NCBI GenBank assembly: GCA_016873735.1
Contig: VGWD01000010.1
Location: 235-64,234, forward strand
From: Ignavibacteria bacterium
Lineage (GTDB): Bacteria > Bacteroidota > Ignavibacteria > Kapaibacteriales > UBA961
Direction of reading: 5' to 3'
Length of the DNA stretch: 64,000 bases
The notes under the pieces are model-generated. The model was not told the origin of the DNA. It saw only the letters and a list, made by a program, of their open reading frames with translations, and did not search any database. The translations under genes and the position numbers were made by a program. Below are positions 59,251 through 64,000 of the stretch, in pieces; the first letter of the stretch is position 1; each line of letters starts with the position of its first letter.

Positions 59251-60593
59251 TAGTCATGAAATTCGGTGGGACTTCAGTCCAGGATTCTTCTGCAATATTG
59301 CATGTTGCATCGATTGCCGAACTATTCGGAAGCGAGCAACTATTGATTGTTTCATCAGCTTGTTCAGGCATGACAAGTGATCTTCTGAAATTGTCAACCG
59401 ATTCAGTGCATATCAGTGATGAAGAAAGAAGTCTAAGAATTGATGGAATTGAAGATAGACATAATTCGATTGCTCAATCTTTGGGGATTGAGAAACAAGT
59501 TGGTGTCCGCATTCATGAGCTTTGTGATGGCTTGCGTAAAACATGTGAAGGAGTGGCTTTACTTGGAGAGTGCACACCACGTTCAAGCGATGCCATTGCA
59601 TCATTCGGAGAATTGCTTTCAACTGTTATCATTCAAGGGTTGTTACAGTTGCATCATTCTGCAATATGGTATGATGCAAGAGAGATAATCAAGACTGATT
59701 CGGCTTATCGGCGGGCACATGTTGATTTTGATTTGACGCAATCAAAGGCATTGGAAAAACTCAAACCTTTGTTTGATTCACACCGTATAATTGTAACACA
59801 AGGGTTTATTGGATCCGATTCCGAAGGCAATACAACCACATTAGGCAGAGGTGGTTCCGATTTTTCCGCAGCATTGCTTGGTGCTGCATTGCATGCCGAT
59901 GATATCATCATTTGGACAGATGTCAGTGGGATAGCGAGTGCGGATCCACGCATCATACCGGAAGCACGATTCATGGAAACGATGAGTTTCGATGAAGCAA
60001 GAATGTTGTCATATTTTGGTGCAAAAGTATTACATCCTGAAACCATAATACCGGCATTGAGCAAAAATATACCGGTGCATGTCCGCAACACATTCAAAAG
60101 TGAGGACAAGGGGACGACTATCACCCAACATGGTGATAAGGATGCAAACGGTTTCCGTTCTGTCATTGGTACACACAATGTTACCTGCCTGAATATTAGC
60201 GGGATTCCCGGCAAGGATTATCACACCAATACACAAGAACTCCTCCATCAAATTACCCAACTCTCTGGTAAGCAACCATTGATTCATGCAAGAGTTGGCG
60301 AATCCGAAACATATGTCTATGATGCCCCTTTGCACAATCTTTCTCAGTGCATTAACAAAGAGCATAATTTGATGAACATAACATTAGAGGAGTATTCGCT
60401 TATTAGTGCCATTGGCCCCAACTTAAGATCCGAACATTCAAGCAAAGCAGTTGGCAAATTTTATGAAACAGTTTTGCAAGCAGATTCGCGTCCTGTTTTC
60501 ATAAGCGGCATTCAACCACAAACGGTTTCCGCCCTTGTTGCTCCTGATTGTGCCATTGATATTCTCAAAGCATTACATCACCATTGCTCATGA
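59247..60593 (+). CDS. lysC: Aspartate kinase (monofunctional)
   Basis: MKFGGTSV, VVSA-like IVSA, SFGELLS, TLGRGGSDFSA, WTDVSG, FGAKVLHP. Confidence 0.92.
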   Translation: MIVMKFGGTSVQDSSAILHVASIAELFGSEQLLIVSSACSGMTSDLLKLSTDSVHISDEERSLRIDGIEDRHNSIAQSLGIEKQVGVRIHELCDGLRKTCEGVALLGECTPRSSDAIASFGELLSTVIIQGLLQLHHSAIWYDAREIIKTDSAYRRAHVDFDLTQSKALEKLKPLFDSHRIIVTQGFIGSDSEGNTTTLGRGGSDFSAALLGAALHADDIIIWTDVSGIASADPRIIPEARFMETMSFDEARMLSYFGAKVLHPETIIPALSKNIPVHVRNTFKSEDKGTTITQHGDKDANGFRSVIGTHNVTCLNISGIPGKDYHTNTQELLHQITQLSGKQPLIHARVGESETYVYDAPLHNLSQCINKEHNLMNITLEEYSLISAIGPNLRSEHSSKAVGKFYETVLQADSRPVFISGIQPQTVSALVAPDCAIDILKALHHHCS

Positions 60594-61399
60594 AACGCTT
60601 CATAAGTCTGTTTTTACTCAATATTTTCTCCATGTCTGTATTTGTTCTTTATGCAGATGAGCAAATCGACTCGGTATTCATTTCTGACGTAAAAGCGAGC
60701 TTGCAGGATATTCAGCATGTTGGTGATGAGATCCTCCATTCTTCTGACCAATCACTTTTAAAAGCGGGAATGATCATTGGTTCATCATTGCTTGCAATGC
60801 CTTTTGATGAGGAAGCGAGGCGTATTTCTCAAAGAAATGCAATCACACTTGATGGTGAGATGATGTCATTTGCAAACGGTTATGGAGATTTGTTGTATCC
60901 TGCTATTGGAATCATCGGGGCATATGGTTTGGGATTGGCATTTTCTGATGAGAGATTGCGACTATTTTCAAGAAAGACATGTACTTCACTATTGGTGGCG
61001 GGAGCATTCACAACGCTCATAAAGTCCATTGTTGGCAGAAGCAGGCCATTTACCAATCAAGGAAGCCAATCATTTACGCCATTTACCATGAATGATGCTG
61101 GATTGTCTTATCCATCCGGACATACAACCGTAGCTTTTGTTATGAGCGCTTCTCTCAGTAGATATATCGATCGTTGGTGGGCTGATGTGATTCTCTATGG
61201 CTTGGCTAGTGGGACCGCTTATGCTCGCATGCACAATGACAGACATTGGCTTTCGGATACAATCTTGGGGGGTGCAATAGGGTATTTTGCGACCCAATGG
61301 GTTTTTGATGCACATAAACAATCCACTTTATCAACCTCGGAAGCTCGGATTTTACCCATTTTCACGCCGGTATCGATGGGTTTTGCCATTCAATTTTAA
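60590..61399 (+). CDS. Exported PAP2-family phosphatase
   Basis: K..VGRSRP, YPSGHT, ARMHNDRHWLSD; ATGA overlap with lysC. Confidence 0.9.
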   Translation: MKRFISLFLLNIFSMSVFVLYADEQIDSVFISDVKASLQDIQHVGDEILHSSDQSLLKAGMIIGSSLLAMPFDEEARRISQRNAITLDGEMMSFANGYGDLLYPAIGIIGAYGLGLAFSDERLRLFSRKTCTSLLVAGAFTTLIKSIVGRSRPFTNQGSQSFTPFTMNDAGLSYPSGHTTVAFVMSASLSRYIDRWWADVILYGLASGTAYARMHNDRHWLSDTILGGAIGYFATQWVFDAHKQSTLSTSEARILPIFTPVSMGFAIQF

Positions 61400-61691
61400 A
61401 GTTGTTTCCAAAAGCACAACTTAAGGGTTGCATTTGCCATTAATTATTTAGTATTTTACATTATCTCTATATTATTACATGATCATTGAAATCATGCTCC
61501 GATAACACCATCGGATATAGTCCGACCACAACAAATGAGTATCGAACGAGGGTATTCGACACTTTGACATAACAAATGCCATGTGCAATGGTTGTTTCCA
61601 TGGGCACGCGGAATGTTTGTTCTTACCATAAATAAACGCATTATTCAGAGATAGTCCACATTATTCTATCATTATTACTCATGGAGTATGT

Positions 61692-64000
61692 ATGAAAAAA
61701 CTGTTTTACTCTTCTCTCATTCTTGGCTTGATGCTTACTGTACAGTTTGCATTTGCACAAGAGAGGGTGGTTTCGGGTAAAGTGACAAATACCAAGGGTG
61801 CGCCCTTGCCCGGTGCCACGGTTTTAGTTAAAGGTACCACTTCCGGTGCCTTTGCGAAGTCAGACGGAAAATACAAAGTGACAGTTCCCACAAATGGGAA
61901 AGTGTTGGTTTTTAAAATGGTTGGTATGAAAACCAAGGAAGTTACCTTAGGTAATTCAGATAATGTAGACATCAGTTTACAAGATGATGCAACCCGTAGC
62001 GAGGACGTGGTTGTAACAGCGATTGGTATTGAACAGCAAAAACGTTCTCTTACCTATGCAACGCAGGAAGTAAAAGGGAGTGCTCTTTCCCAATCCAAAG
62101 AAGCCAATATTGTTGGTGGATTGGCAGGAAAGATTGCCGGTGTTCAGGTTACAAATTCCACAGGTGCAGCCGGTGGATCTTCGTATATCCGCATCAGAGG
62201 TGCATCCTCAATCACAGGCGACAATCAGCCATTATTTGTCATCGACGGTATTCCCATTGACAATTCACAATTGAATACAGAAAGTGGATTGGCAGGTGTT
62301 GCATATTCAAATCGCGCTGTTGACATCAACCCTGATGACATCGAATCAGTGAATGTATTGAAAGGTGCTGCCGCAACTTCATTGTATGGTATTCGTGCTG
62401 CTTCAGGTGCGATTATCATTACGACCAAAAAAGGATTGAGCAGTTCAAATGTTGGAAGAATGAGCGCAACATTTTCAACATCATTGGGCATTGACCAAGT
62501 CAATAAACTTCCTGAATTGCAAACAAAATTCGCTCAAGGACTAAATGGTCAAATTGGTTCTCCTGTAGCTACGGCCGCAAATCAGCGTCCACGTTCTTGG
62601 GGAGCTGCATTGGATACAATCAGATGGGTTGCAGACCCGAACTGGATTTGGGACAAAAATGGCCGTATCTTTGGCCAAAGTGATCCTTCAGCAGCGAATG
62701 GCAAGCAAGTCACTCCATATGACAATCTTGGTGATTTCTTCCGTACAGGATATACAACAACAAATTCATTCTCATTGTCCGGTGGAAATACCTCATCAAA
62801 CTTTTTCTTATCTCTATCAAACATGAGCCAGTCCGGTGTCACTCCTAAAAACACATTTGAGAGAACAACTCTTCGTTTGTCTGGTGATCATGCATTCTCC
62901 AATGAATTGAAAGTTTCTGGATCTGTGAATTATACCAAATCCGGTGGAACAAGAATTCAACAAGGTTCAAATATCTCCGGTGTTATGCTTGGTTTGCTTC
63001 GTACACCAATTACATTCGACAATGCAAATGGCGTAGATGGTGCTGAGAATTCTGAAGCATATCAATTTGCAGATGGCAGACAAAGAACATATCGTGGATT
63101 TGCAGGATTTGACAATCCATATTGGGTAGTTAATAATACACCATTCACCGATGATGTGAATCGTATTGTTGCCTATGCACAAGCTGATTATACTCCTGCT
63201 GACTGGATTAGTGTTATGTATCGCGTGGGTCAAGATTTTTATTCTGATCGCAGAAAACAGATTTATGCTGTGAATTCAAATTCATATGTGGCAGGCCGCA
63301 TCATTGAAGATCAATATTTCAACAGTGATATCACAAGCGATCTTATTGTGACGATGCGCAAAGAATTCGATCAGGACTTGAAAGGAAGTTTGATTCTTGG
63401 TCAAAATATGTATTCGAAGAGCTTGGAAAACTTATATGCTACTGGTGATGCTCTAGTGATTCCGGGATTCTATAATATGTCCAATGCTAGCACATTGAAT
63501 CCGGGCCAATCATTGACTCAAAAGCGTACATCGGCTTTGTATGCTGATGGTAGATTGGAGTACAAAAACTACTTGTATCTCAATGCCACATTGAGAAATG
63601 AGTGGTCAACAACATTGCCTGAAGGAAATAATTCATTCATGTTTGGTTCAGGAAGTTTAGGACTTGTGCTAAGCGAACTCATGGGCCCAAGCGAAGAAAT
63701 CAACTTCTTGAAACTTCGTGCATCCTATGCTTTGGTTGGAAAAGATGCTCCTATTTATGCAACACAAACATTGTTCACAAAAGCCGGTGTAGCAGATGGC
63801 TGGACAAATGGTATCACATTCCCATTCAATGGCAATGCAGGATTCCAAATGTCAAGTTCACTTGGCGCAGCCGATTTGAAGCCTGAGATGAAATCAGAAG
63901 TAGAGATTGGTTTGGAAGGTAGATTGTTCAATAATACCGTGACATTCGATGTCAACTACTATGACAATACATCCACAGATCAAATCTTTGCTGTACCAAC
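61692..64000 (+). CDS. susC: SusC/RagA-family TonB-linked outer membrane protein (runs off the window end)
   Basis: GGAG RBS at 61683; MKKLFYSSLILGLMLTVQFAFA-QERVVSGKV; plug IRIRG..S..GDNQPLFVIDG, DINPDDIES..VLKGAAATSLYG; LKPE..E.GLE; open frame to the window end. Confidence 0.93.
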   Translation, partial: MKKLFYSSLILGLMLTVQFAFAQERVVSGKVTNTKGAPLPGATVLVKGTTSGAFAKSDGKYKVTVPTNGKVLVFKMVGMKTKEVTLGNSDNVDISLQDDATRSEDVVVTAIGIEQQKRSLTYATQEVKGSALSQSKEANIVGGLAGKIAGVQVTNSTGAAGGSSYIRIRGASSITGDNQPLFVIDGIPIDNSQLNTESGLAGVAYSNRAVDINPDDIESVNVLKGAAATSLYGIRAASGAIIITTKKGLSSSNVGRMSATFSTSLGIDQVNKLPELQTKFAQGLNGQIGSPVATAANQRPRSWGAALDTIRWVADPNWIWDKNGRIFGQSDPSAANGKQVTPYDNLGDFFRTGYTTTNSFSLSGGNTSSNFFLSLSNMSQSGVTPKNTFERTTLRLSGDHAFSNELKVSGSVNYTKSGGTRIQQGSNISGVMLGLLRTPITFDNANGVDGAENSEAYQFADGRQRTYRGFAGFDNPYWVVNNTPFTDDVNRIVAYAQADYTPADWISVMYRVGQDFYSDRRKQIYAVNSNSYVAGRIIEDQYFNSDITSDLIVTMRKEFDQDLKGSLILGQNMYSKSLENLYATGDALVIPGFYNMSNASTLNPGQSLTQKRTSALYADGRLEYKNYLYLNATLRNEWSTTLPEGNNSFMFGSGSLGLVLSELMGPSEEINFLKLRASYALVGKDAPIYATQTLFTKAGVADGWTNGITFPFNGNAGFQMSSSLGAADLKPEMKSEVEIGLEGRLFNNTVTFDVNYYDNTSTDQIFAVP

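Overview
This 64 kb window is AT-rich chromosomal DNA from a Bacteroidota-group bacterium. I infer a non-Bacteroidia lineage such as Ca. Kapabacteria or an Ignavibacteria relative, because it combines type IX secretion (T9SS) cargo proteins and TAnnTTTG-like promoters with clear GGAG Shine-Dalgarno sites. I resolve about 53 CDSs, one tRNA-Gln(TTG), a probable 6S RNA and several intrinsic terminators. I saw no CRISPR array, integrase, transposase or phage module. Content is mostly housekeeping genes with strongly dispersed pathways (lone nuoE, paaD, ccmB, crtB, carA, xseA). There are five large T9SS cargo proteins: four Omp28-like thioredoxin-domain paralogs, three of them in tandem, and one ~1,940-aa GEVED/beta-helix protein. 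Best leads: (1) a stand-alone membrane protein whose C-terminal two-helix module resembles the GldL/PorL motor subunit, including the key Glu, behind a ~315-aa unknown N-terminus; (2) a ClpB consisting only of the M-domain end, NBD2 and C-terminal domain, with its own RBS and a perfect CsoR-type palindrome upstream; (3) an unassigned structured RNA candidate upstream of lysine 6-aminotransferase; (4) several apparently catalytically dead homologs (Omp28 without CXXC, rhomboid without Ser/His, receiver domain with Asp replaced by His). All family assignments come from motif recognition by eye; no database searches were run.
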